Positions 10,169-21,016 of a stretch of DNA of 64,000 nt are shown here, in pieces (the first letter of the stretch is position 1; each line of letters opens with the position of its first letter). Both the position numbers and the translations under genes were made by a program. This DNA is from an uncultured delta proteobacterium. GTDB lineage: Bacteria > Desulfobacterota > Desulfomonilia > UBA1062. Location of the stretch: positions 320,001 to 384,000 of the forward strand of contig CAWAUM010000001.1 in assembly GCA_963785235.1 (NCBI GenBank), given 5' to 3'. Under the pieces are notes generated by a model. That model saw nothing but the letters and a program-made list of their open reading frames with translations, made no database searches and was not told the DNA's origin.

Positions 10169-11413
10169 ATGACAGCAGTGCGCCATGCAATGAAGACTAT
10201 GCGAACCTTTGCCTATTTCACCTTCATTCTTATTGTTGTTACCTGGATATCATTTTCATGCTGCCGCAGCATACAGGCTAAGAATAATGAGGTCCCCGGT
10301 TCCCAGCAGGCGGCCCCGGTAAAAATAGGTGTCTGCATGCCCATGGCGGGTCCATTGGCAGAGGTTGCAAGGGTCCAGTCCGAAGGTATCAGGATGGCCC
10401 ACGATATGGAAAAAGGCAAGCCGGGGATCCAGGTTGAACTCGTATTCAAGGATTCCGGTGCTTCATCACTGGCCCTTTCTCAAGCGCTTCAGAAGCTGTT
10501 GGTGGATGATAAGGTGTCAGGTATCATTTCGGGCGCACCCGCTGATGTAATTGCTAAAGCCGGGGGGGTTATGAAGCAAAGGCCAGTGCCAATTATAGCA
10601 ACAACTGCGATCAGGCTTGACTGGAAAACAAAAGAGGGTCCGCCGGTGATAAGGATATGTGCAAGCCTTGAGGATCAGGCCAATGCATGTGCCAGGTTCA
10701 TGAAGGATGTGATTCATGCCCGCAGGGTAGGGCTTATCATTAACGACCGTGACGAAAGCTGCGTCAGGCTTGCCAGCCTGTTCTCTGCGGAAGTGGTAAG
10801 GGCCGGAGGCAGGATTGAGGATATTGCTTATATAAAAGAGGGAGAAGACCCGTCATCTGCCATCACACACCTTATGGGCCGGAAGCCTGATGCTGTTTAT
10901 ATTCCTCTTTCCGGGGCGAACACAAAAGAAACTCTGAAGAAAATCCGCTCTATTGATGCATTAAAACCCATCTTGGTAGGCAGTATTCCCAATGAGGATT
11001 CATTCTTCACTGAGGTGGATAAGTATCTGGAAGGTGTTTATGTCCAGTCGAATTATATTCAAGAGAAAGCAACATCAGCAAAGGGCAAGGAATTTATTGA
11101 GTACTACTCAAAGCATGCCAGGAAAGGGGCTTATCTCGGATCAAACATTGCTACCGGAGTTGATGCCTATTATCTGATGCTTAATATGATATCGATGCAG
11201 CAAAAGGCTAAATCTCATGAGGTGATTGTAGCCCCCTCCTCATGGAAGCCCCTGCTCCTGGGGATAAACCTCATGACATCCACTGGCGATGCGCAGACAC
11301 AGCTGTCTTTCGGACAGATTAAGAGAAATTTTTTTGGTGGCGCCACGCTCAAGTACGTGGCATCAATTGTTGTTAGCCGCTCAGATCCTGTCGCTAATGT
11401 TAGGGCTCATTAG
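10169..11413 (+). CDS. Branched-chain amino acid (LivJ/K-type) periplasmic binding protein
   Basis: Signal region, VKIGVCMPMAGPLA, type I periplasmic-binding-protein pattern; no permease adjacent. Confidence 0.75.
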   Translation: MTAVRHAMKTMRTFAYFTFILIVVTWISFSCCRSIQAKNNEVPGSQQAAPVKIGVCMPMAGPLAEVARVQSEGIRMAHDMEKGKPGIQVELVFKDSGASSLALSQALQKLLVDDKVSGIISGAPADVIAKAGGVMKQRPVPIIATTAIRLDWKTKEGPPVIRICASLEDQANACARFMKDVIHARRVGLIINDRDESCVRLASLFSAEVVRAGGRIEDIAYIKEGEDPSSAITHLMGRKPDAVYIPLSGANTKETLKKIRSIDALKPILVGSIPNEDSFFTEVDKYLEGVYVQSNYIQEKATSAKGKEFIEYYSKHARKGAYLGSNIATGVDAYYLMLNMISMQQKAKSHEVIVAPSSWKPLLLGINLMTSTGDAQTQLSFGQIKRNFFGGATLKYVASIVVSRSDPVANVRAH

Positions 11414-11698
11414 CTTATCCGCCACTACAGTAAGATCAGGGTTGTAAGTGCCCTTTTCGATCTTTGTCTCGACGGCATTGACCTTTTCGGAACGGATATC
11501 AGGGGATTCGTTGACCGCAGCAAGTATGTCTTTCATAAGCCTTACGGTGCTTGATATGTTCACCCTGTCAGCAGTCGGGGCAGCATTCGGTTTTGCAGCA
11601 TTTGCAATTTCTTTGTCTTTATTGTTGAGTTGAACACCCTGAGCCGATTGAGCGACGTATGCCTTGAGGGCATCAGTGTTCGGAGTATTAATTTTCAT
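11381..11698 (-). CDS. flgM: Anti-sigma28 factor FlgM
   Basis: DRVNISS...PDIRSEKVNAVETKIEKGTY...VADKL; adjacent to the flg cluster. Confidence 0.9.
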   Translation of the reverse strand: MKINTPNTDALKAYVAQSAQGVQLNNKDKEIANAAKPNAAPTADRVNISSTVRLMKDILAAVNESPDIRSEKVNAVETKIEKGTYNPDLTVVADKLMSPNISDRI

Positions 11699-11903
11699 CT
11701 ATTAGCACCTCATTCAATCCTTTCTGTAAACTGCTTTCCATAATATCCCTGAAAAGTCTCTTGCTCGCGCGCTGGGATATGGTAACGGAATCTGCGCCAA
11801 GCTCGCTGCCGGACTTTTCCATATCAAGTTTCATGCCCGAAGACGCATTCTGTTTCTCATAGGTCCTCATGATGAGATTCATGAATAGGCTTTTGACCTC
11901 CAT
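11688..11903 (-). CDS. Small FlgM-associated protein (DVU0524-like)
   Basis: IMRTYEKQ and DSVTISQRA motifs, GGAG RBS, overlaps the flgM start. Confidence 0.65.
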   Translation of the reverse strand: MEVKSLFMNLIMRTYEKQNASSGMKLDMEKSGSELGADSVTISQRASKRLFRDIMESSLQKGLNEVLIDEN

Positions 11904-11941
11904 ACACACTCCTTGTGATTAATCAGCCATCCGTAAGTTAA

Positions 11942-11968
11942 TTATCGGATTCTCACCGGAATTCTTTA
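11942..11968 (-). promoter_or_regulatory. Sigma28 (FliA) promoter for the flgM operon
   Basis: Minus strand reads TAAA-N15-TCCGATAA. Confidence 0.8.
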
Positions 11969-12097
11969 ACGTTATTTCTCTACAGGTGTCCTGCATCAGG
12001 CGCAAGGATTGAATTGCCCAAATCAGTCCTGAAGCACCTGGAAAAAATTGCCTGTCTTATATGATAAGAAGTATGGACCAGAGCCATTTTTAAGGAT

Positions 12098-12113
12098 TGG
12101 CATTCCATTTGCT
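12098..12113 (+). promoter_or_regulatory. Sigma54 promoter for the flgF operon
   Basis: TGGCATTCCATTTGCT (GG-N10-GC), 25 bp before the flgF ATG. Confidence 0.8.
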
Positions 12114-12138
12114 CAAATGATCCCAGAAAGGAGCACAT

Positions 12139-12882
12139 ATGGATCAAGGGATATACACAGCGGCGGCAGGGGCGATTGCAATGGAGGACAGGCTCAATAT
12201 CATCTCCAACAACATTGCCAACCTGAACACTACCGGATTCAAGAAAGACCAGATGAGCTTTGAACAGTATATGAAGCAGCTGGACACCTCTTCACTGTAC
12301 CCCGGACAGTACCGTACAGTGCCTATTGATGTCGTCGCGGTCAGCAGTTCCATAGACCTTTCAGCAGGAGCCCCTGTGAAGACAGGCAACGTACTGGACA
12401 TAGCCGTGATGGGGGATGGGTTCTTTGTGGTCAATACCGATAAAGGCACCCGGTATACCAGGGCCGGTTCCTTCCAGCTAAGTACTGAAAACACAATAAT
12501 TACGCCGCAGGGATACCGTGTTCAGGGCAACGGCGGAGATATTACCATAGACCCAGATAAGAGCGATATAGTGATAGATTCCACGGGCAAGATTACCCAG
12601 GACCAAGACGAACTGAGTACGTTACAGATCGTGAAGATTCCCCCCGAGGCACTTGAGAGGCAGGGGAACAACCTGTTCTCGGTCAAGGAAGGGGTTATGC
12701 CCCAACCCGTGGAGACCGTATCCCTTATCCAGGGAAGCCTTGAGAAAGCCAACGTCGAGCCCATTTCAGAGATGGTGGAGATGATAGCAGCTTCACGGGC
12801 CTATGAATCCTTCCAGAAAGTGATAAGGGCAGCCAACGATGCCTATTCTTACTCGATGCGCAATGTCGGGACAGTCGTATAA
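12139..12882 (+). CDS. flgF: Flagellar basal-body rod protein FlgF
   Basis: SNNIANLNTTGFK, YTRAGSF, QGSLEKANV; precedes flgG. Confidence 0.9.
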   Translation: MDQGIYTAAAGAIAMEDRLNIISNNIANLNTTGFKKDQMSFEQYMKQLDTSSLYPGQYRTVPIDVVAVSSSIDLSAGAPVKTGNVLDIAVMGDGFFVVNTDKGTRYTRAGSFQLSTENTIITPQGYRVQGNGGDITIDPDKSDIVIDSTGKITQDQDELSTLQIVKIPPEALERQGNNLFSVKEGVMPQPVETVSLIQGSLEKANVEPISEMVEMIAASRAYESFQKVIRAANDAYSYSMRNVGTVV

Positions 12883-12894
12883 AAGGAGAGAACG

Positions 12895-13677
12895 ATGATC
12901 AGAGCAATGTGGACATCCGCCACTGGCATGAATGCACAGGAGTTGATGGTAAATACCATAGCCAACAATCTGGCGAACGTGAACACCACGAGCTTCAAGA
13001 AGGGCAGGGCCGAGTTCGAGGACCTGTTCTATGCGACATATAATCAGCCGGGCAGCGAAACGCCTGCCGGCGGGACGGTTCCCGTGGGCATCCAGGTGGG
13101 TATGGGTGTGAAGCCTGTTGCAATCCAGAAGATATTCTCCCAGGGCGACAACCTCGAAACCAAGAATCCTCTGGATGTTGCCATCGAAGGAAAGGGGTAT
13201 TTCCAGCTGATCTCGGACGGGGACGAGGTGTATACCCGGGACGGCGCATTCAAGACAGACAGCGAGGGCTATATCGTGAATGCCCGTGGCGAGAGACTCC
13301 AACCCGAGTTTGTTGTACCTGAGCAGACCGCGAACGTAACCATTTCCAATTCAGGAGTCATAACCTGTCTCTCCAGTTCCGGTACAACGCTGGCCACCGG
13401 GAATATCCCCCTGTACATCTTCGCCAATCCCGGTGGTCTGAACTCCATCGGCATGAATCAATATGTGGCCACACCGGCATCCGGAGATGCCATTGAAGGG
13501 GTTCCCGGCACGGATAATTTCGGCACCCTTTCATCCGGGTTCCTGGAAATGTCCAATGTGGACGCCGTGGAGGAGATGGTCAACATGATCGCGGCACAGA
13601 GGGCCTACGAGCTCAACTCCAAGTGCATAACCACCGCCGATCAGATGCTCCAGACAGTGAATTCGATGGTGAGGTAG
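12895..13677 (+). CDS. flgG: Distal rod protein FlgG
   Basis: ANNLANVNTTSFKK, GIQVGMGV, LEMSNV, AQRAYELNSK. Confidence 0.96.
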   Translation: MIRAMWTSATGMNAQELMVNTIANNLANVNTTSFKKGRAEFEDLFYATYNQPGSETPAGGTVPVGIQVGMGVKPVAIQKIFSQGDNLETKNPLDVAIEGKGYFQLISDGDEVYTRDGAFKTDSEGYIVNARGERLQPEFVVPEQTANVTISNSGVITCLSSSGTTLATGNIPLYIFANPGGLNSIGMNQYVATPASGDAIEGVPGTDNFGTLSSGFLEMSNVDAVEEMVNMIAAQRAYELNSKCITTADQMLQTVNSMVR

Positions 13678-13683
13678 CATAGG

Positions 13684-14631
13684 ATGCAGGTTCTTGTCCT
13701 GGTGATGTGTCTGATCTGCGGGATATTTATCCCCACCGGAGCCTTTGCGGTGACGACCGTCAACCTCAAGGCAGAGGCCACAATTGTCTCGAAGACCGTG
13801 ACGCTCTCAGATCTGGCTGATATCACCGGAGACGAGGCGGCTTTACTTTCGGGTATAGTCATTGCGAAGTCGCCTGACGGGACAACTGGCATGAACATTT
13901 CGGCACAGACCGTTGAGACCAGGATAAAGTCCCGTTACCTTGGGCCCATACTAATGACAGGCGCCCACAGGTGCAATGTCGTATCATCCAGGGTCGAGGT
14001 GAGCGAAGAAGTCATCAAGAAAGTCTTCACCCAGGAGATCCTCAGAAATAGTCCCTGGAAAGATACCGGCACCATCGAGGTTACAGATATACGGGTATCC
14101 AGGCTCCCCAAAGTACTTCAGGCAGATACCAACACCATACAGGCAAAATTTTCCTCCTTTGAAAAGTACCTTGGATTCACAAGCGCCACAATATTAATAG
14201 GCAGCGGACCGTATCCCGAAAGGGTGAATGTTACAGGAAAGGTCCGGCTTATTGCCGGAATCCCTGTTGCGAGGACAAAGGTTGCACAGGGAAGGGTTAT
14301 TGTCCTGGGAGATCTTTCCATGAAATCCTGTGATATTTCATCAAACCCTAACGCCTTTACCCGGTTCGAAGACTGTGTGGGAAAGCGCGCAAAGGTGACG
14401 TTGCGTGAAGGCTCTCACATTCTGCCGTCCCAGGTGGAGCGAAATCCTGATGTCCTCAAGGGTGAGACGGTCGTCATCGAGGTCCGCCTCGATAACCTCG
14501 TGGTGAGGGATAAAGGCATTGCCATGAAGGATGGATATCTCAGCGAAACCATCCACGTGAAGAATGCCTCCTCAGGCAGGCAGGTGGTTGGCACCATTAT
14601 TGCTCCATCACTGGTGCAGGTCGAGCTCTAG
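13684..14631 (+). CDS. flgA: P-ring formation chaperone FlgA
   Basis: Signal peptide, SAF domain, C-terminal DGYLSETIHVKNASSGR; position between flgG and flgH. Confidence 0.88.
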   Translation: MQVLVLVMCLICGIFIPTGAFAVTTVNLKAEATIVSKTVTLSDLADITGDEAALLSGIVIAKSPDGTTGMNISAQTVETRIKSRYLGPILMTGAHRCNVVSSRVEVSEEVIKKVFTQEILRNSPWKDTGTIEVTDIRVSRLPKVLQADTNTIQAKFSSFEKYLGFTSATILIGSGPYPERVNVTGKVRLIAGIPVARTKVAQGRVIVLGDLSMKSCDISSNPNAFTRFEDCVGKRAKVTLREGSHILPSQVERNPDVLKGETVVIEVRLDNLVVRDKGIAMKDGYLSETIHVKNASSGRQVVGTIIAPSLVQVEL

Positions 14632-14640
14632 GAGGCTGAA

Positions 14641-15336
14641 ATGAAGGCATACAGATATATGGTTTACCTCATGGTTATGGCGGCTCTGAGCGCATGTTCC
14701 CACGCAGAGAAGGAAGTCGATTTCACCGAAGACGAGCTGTCGCCTCCCATGATTGACCAGAGCGAGAATGTTCAAAGCCCGGGGTCTTTATGGACACCCG
14801 GCGCCAAATATTACGACATGTTCAGCGATCACAAGGCACGCCGAGTGGGAGATCTCATCATGATCCAGATCGTGGAAAACTCCTCTGCCGATAAAGAGGC
14901 CTCCACCGATGCATCCAAAGACAGCAGCACCGACAATTCGGTAACGAGCTTTTTAGGGCTGCCCATGGACCAGTCGTCCATCTTTGGCTACAAGATCAAG
15001 CCCGAAGTCCAGACAAATGGGTCTTCGACATTCAAAGGTGACGGAAAGACAACACGCAAGGGGACTCTGAGCGCCGTGGTTTCTGCGAGAATTATTCGGG
15101 TCCTGCCTTCCGGCAATTTTGCGGTCAAGGGGAAGAAGCAGATACGGGTCAATGATGAGGAACAGTATATAACTGTCTCCGGCATCATCAGACCGGAAGA
15201 CATCATGGGTAACAACTCCGTCTTATCGGCGAATGTCGCCGACCTGAGGGTCGACTATTACGGTTCAGGCATTATTGGTGACCAGCAGAGCAAAGGGTTC
15301 CTGGCAAGGGCTATTGATAAGATATGGCCATTCTGA
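14641..15336 (+). CDS. flgH: L-ring protein FlgH
   Basis: Lipobox LSAC, DHKARRVGDL, SGIIRPEDI, C-terminal WPF. Confidence 0.96.
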   Translation: MKAYRYMVYLMVMAALSACSHAEKEVDFTEDELSPPMIDQSENVQSPGSLWTPGAKYYDMFSDHKARRVGDLIMIQIVENSSADKEASTDASKDSSTDNSVTSFLGLPMDQSSIFGYKIKPEVQTNGSSTFKGDGKTTRKGTLSAVVSARIIRVLPSGNFAVKGKKQIRVNDEEQYITVSGIIRPEDIMGNNSVLSANVADLRVDYYGSGIIGDQQSKGFLARAIDKIWPF

Positions 15337-15344
15337 GGTGGACT

Positions 15345-16439
15345 ATGAAGAAGACGATCCTTGCAATTATCCTTCTAGTATTTCTTGCACAGCCCGTTAT
15401 GGCCATACGGGTGAAAGACCTCGTAACCATCCAGGGGGTAAGGGAAAACAGACTTTCGGGTTACGGGCTTGTGGTGGGTCTGAACGGAACAGGCGATAAG
15501 GCCGGGACCGGCAATGAATATATGATACGCTCTGTTTCAAACATGCTCCGTAACATGGGTATACTGGTGAGACCAGATGACCTGAAGATGAAAAATGTGG
15601 CTGCCGTTATCGTTACCGCATCGCTGCCGCCTTTTGCCAAGAGCAGCCAGAAGCTCGACTGCACGGTTTCCTCCCTGGGCGATGCCACTTCGCTTGCAGG
15701 CGGCACATTGGTCTCCACGCCGCTTTATGGTCCTGACGGGAAGGTGTATGCCCTTGGGCAGGGCCCTATATCGGTGGGCGGTTTTGCCGTGAGTGGGGCT
15801 TCCGGTTCCGGTGTAACCAAGAACTTCCCCACAGTGGGCATAGTACCAGCAGGGGCTATTGTCGAGAGATCATTGGACATGGCCATGGGTCCCCAGATGA
15901 CCCTCATTATGAATAACCCTGATTTCACCACTGCCAACAGGTTGGCCAAGTCCATCAACAACAAGCTGGGCTCCCCGGTGGCCAGTGCTGCCGACCTTTC
16001 CACCATAAAACTCGATGTCCCGGAGTCATACCAGAACAGCCTGGTTGATTTCGTGTCGATCATTGAGACCGTGGATGTGACCCCTGATAACCGGGCAAAG
16101 ATCATCGTGAATGAGAGGACAGGCACGGTCATCATGGGTAGCGATGTCAAGATCTCGACCGTTGCCATAGCGCATGGAAACCTGAGCATCAAGATCTCAG
16201 AGCAACCAAAGGTATCCCAGCCCCAGCCGTTTTCGCAAGGGTCCACCACCGTTGTTCCCCAGTCCGGGGTCCAGGTGGAGGAGGGCGGGAAACGCCTGAT
16301 CCTGTTGAAAAGCGGCGCAAGCATCGGTGACCTCGTGACCGCCATGAACGCCATAGGCGTCTCTCCGCGGGACCTGGTTGTAATCCTCCAGGCCATCAAG
16401 AGGGCAGGGGCCCTGTATGCTGATCTGGAGGTCATATGA
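15345..16439 (+). CDS. flgI: P-ring protein FlgI
   Basis: GYGLVVGLNGTGD, KNVAAV, NERTGTV, ILQAIKRAGAL; ATG at 15345 follows GAGGTG. Confidence 0.97.
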   Translation: MKKTILAIILLVFLAQPVMAIRVKDLVTIQGVRENRLSGYGLVVGLNGTGDKAGTGNEYMIRSVSNMLRNMGILVRPDDLKMKNVAAVIVTASLPPFAKSSQKLDCTVSSLGDATSLAGGTLVSTPLYGPDGKVYALGQGPISVGGFAVSGASGSGVTKNFPTVGIVPAGAIVERSLDMAMGPQMTLIMNNPDFTTANRLAKSINNKLGSPVASAADLSTIKLDVPESYQNSLVDFVSIIETVDVTPDNRAKIIVNERTGTVIMGSDVKISTVAIAHGNLSIKISEQPKVSQPQPFSQGSTTVVPQSGVQVEEGGKRLILLKSGASIGDLVTAMNAIGVSPRDLVVILQAIKRAGALYADLEVI

Positions 16440-16771
16440 TCCGCGACGTCGGCATGCTTGCGCACATGAACAGGACCGATCCGGTTAAGGCCCTCGACAA
16501 GGTCTGCAAGGAGTTCGAGACGCTGTTTGCCAACCAGCTCCTGAAGACCATGAAGGAATCCATGCCGGAAGGCTTCCTTGAAGAAACTATGGCCGATGAT
16601 ATCTACAAGGATATGTTCTATCAGGAGATTGCCAGGAGCATCGGGCAATCAGGGGCGTTGGGCATTGCCGATATCCTCAAGAGGCACATCCAACAGAATT
16701 TCGGTGAGGATGGGAAGACGAAACAGGATGGTGTTCACAAGGCACCCGATGGAACCGATAAAGATAACTAA
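16436..16771 (+). CDS. flgJ: Short FlgJ (rod-binding domain only)
   Basis: CKEFETLF..QLLKTM and GALGIAD; no muramidase domain. Confidence 0.85.
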   Translation: MIRDVGMLAHMNRTDPVKALDKVCKEFETLFANQLLKTMKESMPEGFLEETMADDIYKDMFYQEIARSIGQSGALGIADILKRHIQQNFGEDGKTKQDGVHKAPDGTDKDN

Positions 16772-16812
16772 AGCAGAGAGTTAACAACACTGGGCATGAC
16801 CAGGGGGTCGAC

Positions 16813-17235
16813 ATGACATATACGGACTTGATCCAAAGGCTTCAACAGGAAAAAGAGCTCGTGGAAAGGCTTATTGCACATTTGCACAGGGAGCTCGATC
16901 TCATAACGGAAGGTAATGTCCAGACACTCGAAGAATCCATGCCCGCCAAGCAGAAGCTCCTGATGGGCATAGCTGATAACCGCCAAGGCGACGAGCAACT
17001 GCAAGGAGATCCCCGGCCTGAGCAGGCACAAGTAATACGGACACTCCAGCAGGATCTGGTCGGGCTCTGGAAGAAGGCAAGTGGGCTTAACGAGATTTCC
17101 AAGAAGCTTGTCAACCAGAGACTCTTTGAGATTAATGACCAGCTAGAGATATTCTTTGCCGGCCTGAAGGACGGCTACACAAGGGATGGAAAGAAATCTG
17201 CCGTTTCTTTGCATACCATAAAGACAGGAGCATGA
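16813..17235 (+). CDS. flgN: Export chaperone FlgN
   Basis: Helical protein ending in YTRDGK, immediately upstream of flgK. Confidence 0.75.
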   Translation: MTYTDLIQRLQQEKELVERLIAHLHRELDLITEGNVQTLEESMPAKQKLLMGIADNRQGDEQLQGDPRPEQAQVIRTLQQDLVGLWKKASGLNEISKKLVNQRLFEINDQLEIFFAGLKDGYTRDGKKSAVSLHTIKTGA

Positions 17236-17236
17236 T

Positions 17237-19018
17237 ATGCCCGGTATAGGCGGCGCACTCGATATTGCACGGTGGTCCATGTATTCCTCTCAGCTTGCTA
17301 TTGAGATAGCATCTCACAACATCGCCAATGCGAATACGGAAGGATATTCCAAGCAGAATTTGCGCATTGAGGCGAATCAAGCCATCAACGTGGGTCCGGG
17401 ACAGATCGGAACAGGGGTTAAGGCGGTAGAGGTGACAAGGAACAATGATGCCTTTCTCTCCGCACAGGTTACACAGAAGAAATCCGATTATGCGTACTGG
17501 AAGGCCCAGAATAGCGCTATGGAAGAGATCGAGAGCATCTTCAATGAGACAGGCGATAATGGGCTGAATGCGTTAATGGGTCAATTCTGGGGTGCCTGGG
17601 GAGATCTTTCGAATAACCCCGAGGGACTCCCTGAGCGTCAGTCCCTGCTTGCAAAGACAGACAATCTTCTGTCAATGGTCCGCGAGGTCGATTACAACCT
17701 GAGAGTCTATCAGAGAAACCTTGATGCCAAGATCAGGGGCTCTGTGACCGAGGTGAACACGATCACGCAGCAGATTGCCGACCTGAACCTGAGCATATCC
17801 ACTGTGGAGGTAAAGGGGTCGGTCAATGCCAATGATCTCGGGACCAGAGAGACCTCCTTTTGGATAAGCTTGCAGAACATATGGACATCACCTACTACGA
17901 AGACGAGAGGTCCGGCCAGGTCATGGTATTCGTCCTTGGCGGGACGCCTCTGGTCATGGGAAAGGAAACGAATACCCTCAGCGCCGAGCGGGATGCCACC
18001 ACAGGCTTTTCGAGGGTTTTGTGGAATGATTCTTCAGGCAGGACCATCGATCTCACCCACAAGCTCAAGGGTGGTGACATAGCCGGGCTGGTAAATATCC
18101 GGGACTCAGGGGGTATCGATTCCTACCTGGATTCATTGAACACGCTTACCGGGGAACTCGTTTGGCAGGTGAACAGCCTGCATTCCGAAGGTGTAGGGCT
18201 CCAGGGTACACAGCAGATGACCGGAACGGTCCAGGTCTCGGCCCTTACCGACGACCTCTCATCAAGCTTTCTTTTCAGCGACCGGTATGCCCCTGGCGGT
18301 TCATTCGACATACAGGAATACGATGCAGATGGCCAGGTAGTAAACACGTATCATATCAGCCCTGCAGGGAATACGGTTGGGGACCTCATTACCGAGATCA
18401 ATACGGAATCAGCAGGCGCCATCACGGCCTCGCTCACAGGCGGTGCCAGCGGTGCATTGAGAATCAGCACCGCAGTAGGGACGAACACCTTTGCCATCAT
18501 AGCCGAGCACTACAGGATCATCCAGCAATGCACTGGCAATTCTCGGGGTCAATACGTTCTTTTCATGGACAGAAACAGTGGGTAACCCTGTCCATGACAT
18601 AACCGAGACAGTCGAAGTGAATGCGATGCTTAAGGCAAATCCCAATCTCATCTCATCGGGATATACTGACAATGATGGCAAGATAGCACCTGGTGCCAAT
18701 GATGTCGCTCGATCCATAGCCAATCTTCAGGACAAGGTTATCGCAAATATCGGGGGCACCGGGGTGGATACTACCATGGATTCCTACTATAGCTCGCTGG
18801 TGGCCCAGGTTGGGGTCGATGTCCAGAATGCCTCCAATAATGAAAAGTTCAATAATACAATACTAACCCAGTACACCCAGAGAAAGGAAAGTGTCTCGGG
18901 GGTAAGCCTTGACGAAGAGATGTCGGATCTCTTGAAGTTTCAGTATGCCTACCAGGCAGCTGCAAAGCTGATATCAATATGCGATGAGATGATGCAGACA
19001 TTGCTTTCAGTAAAATAA
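17237..19018 (+). CDS. flgK: Hook-associated protein FlgK, split by two frameshifts (~17845 and ~18515)
   Basis: SHNIANANTEGYSKQ at the N-terminus; SVSGVSLDEEM..FQYAYQAAAK at the C-terminus; three consecutive ORFs. Confidence 0.92.
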
Positions 19019-19060
19019 TCATGTAATACTTCCCCTAAAGTACACTCCCTGGGGGTTTTA

Positions 19061-19297
19061 TTGCTGATACTGACAAGGAAAGTCGGCGAATCTGTCGCCA
19101 TCGGCGATGACATCCAGGTATCCGTGGTAGAGATCAAGGGCACCCAGGTCAAGCTTGGTATACGAGCTCCCAAGGACGTTACGGTGCACCGTGAAGAGAT
19201 ATATCTGAAGATCCAGGAAGAGAACAAAAGGGCGTCCCAGGTGTCGACAGATACCTTGGGCTCAGTAGAAGATATGATCTTAAAGAAAGACGTATGA
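19061..19297 (+). CDS. csrA: Carbon storage regulator CsrA (TTG start)
   Basis: [11 protein letters not shown]...VKLGIRAP...VHREEIY. Confidence 0.97.
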   Translation: MLILTRKVGESVAIGDDIQVSVVEIKGTQVKLGIRAPKDVTVHREEIYLKIQEENKRASQVSTDTLGSVEDMILKKDV

Positions 19298-19370
19298 ATA
19301 AAAAGTCGTTCTATGAATAAAAAGCCGTTCGAAGAGCCTTAATAAATTACCAAACAGGAGGTATGAGACC

Positions 19371-19622
19371 ATGCACTTTCTATTTAATCTCATAACATCG
19401 ATTATCCTGGCTCCCTTCAAGATAATCAAATTCATCGTGTCCGATGTCATCTTCTTCGGCATTATTGGAGGGATCGCCTCCATAATCAGATCGGTAGTCA
19501 AGACAATTTTCAGGCTTGTCTTAAGGCCTTTCACTCTTCTTCTGCTTGCAGGTGGAGCCGCAGCCTTCTATATTGCGACCGATGAACAGAAGAAGAAGGT
19601 CAAGGCCTTGATGGGGATGTAG
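19371..19622 (+). CDS. Small hypothetical membrane protein
   Basis: Strong GGAGG RBS; hydrophobic 83-aa ORF. Confidence 0.6.
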   Translation: MHFLFNLITSIILAPFKIIKFIVSDVIFFGIIGGIASIIRSVVKTIFRLVLRPFTLLLLAGGAAAFYIATDEQKKKVKALMGM

Positions 19623-19736
19623 GAAGACGCTTTAAGTCTGCCTACCCCTTTCTATTCTAAGGGCAGATAAAGACAGACCAGATTTCTTTTTTAGGATTGG
19701 GATGTACTGGCCTGGGCATCTCTTGTTGGATAATAT

Positions 19737-19774
19737 AAAAGAGAGGACACCCGTTTGAGTGCCCTCTCTTTTTT
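19737..19774. terminator. Bidirectional intrinsic terminator after atpE
   Basis: AAAAGAGAGGACAC-loop-GTGCCCTCTCTTTTTT between convergent genes. Confidence 0.7.
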
Positions 19775-19801
19775 CGTGCTTGGGTGGGTATCCGATAATT
19801 T

Positions 19802-20173
<372 letters not shown>

Positions 20174-20307
20174 TTATTGTAGTCATATTACCAAAGGCGG
20201 CTAGGATTGTATCCTACCCCGCTTTCATGGTAGCCGTCAACACTGTTGCCCGGCATACAAAATTAAAACAGGAGGGCTTCCGCAGGCCCGACTGTTTTGA
20301 TTTTCTC

Positions 20308-21015
20308 TTAGTGGCCCTCCTCCATTGCGCCGCTTATGTACATCATGGCTAAGAGCGTAAACACGAAGGCCTGCAGAATCGACGTGAACATCATGAGCAC
20401 AAGCATAGGCATGGGGAGGAGGAATGGCACCAGGGCCAGAAGGACCACGAGAACGAGGTCTTCTCCGAAGATGTTCCCAAAGAGACGCATGGTGAGCGAG
20501 AGCGGCCGAGCCAGATGTCCGATAAGTTCCACCGGAAGCATGATAGGTGCCATCCACCATACCGGTCCTAAAAAATGCTTGAGATATTTAAGCCCGTGGA
20601 TTTTTACCCCTACTATGTGCGTCAGTAAGAATACGGTGAGCGCAATGGACAGGTTGGTGTTGAGATTTGCCGTGGGTGAGTAGAAGCCCGGGATGACGCC
20701 GGCCATATTGCAGGTGAAGATGAACAGGGCAATGGTGGCTATGAGGGGGAAGAACCTCATCCCATGCTCTCCCATGGTGTCCACCAGCAGGGACTTCAGT
20801 CCGCCGATGATCACTTCCAGAAAGTTCTGAAGTCTGCCCGGGATCATCTTCAGGCTCCTGGATACGAGTAGCGACATAATGATGAGCACAATCATGAAGA
20901 GCCAGGTAAAGGTAACCTGATGGAAGTGATTCCCGTCTGTAAGGCCAAAGGTCTCATGAAGGAATTCATAAAGGGGATGGGTGATGAAATCTAAAATGAG
21001 GTACCCGTGATCCAT
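20308..21015 (-). CDS. atpB: ATP synthase Fo subunit a
   Basis: PTANLN, RPLSLTMRLFGN, LQAFVF. Confidence 0.97.
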   Translation of the reverse strand: MDHGYLILDFITHPLYEFLHETFGLTDGNHFHQVTFTWLFMIVLIIMSLLVSRSLKMIPGRLQNFLEVIIGGLKSLLVDTMGEHGMRFFPLIATIALFIFTCNMAGVIPGFYSPTANLNTNLSIALTVFLLTHIVGVKIHGLKYLKHFLGPVWWMAPIMLPVELIGHLARPLSLTMRLFGNIFGEDLVLVVLLALVPFLLPMPMLVLMMFTSILQAFVFTLLAMMYISGAMEEGH

Positions 21016-21016
21016 A

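Noticed and set aside
16735-16761. ACCGATAA upstream of flgN as a sigma28 promoter
   Set aside because: The -10 element is plausible, but there is no convincing -35 at the right spacing.
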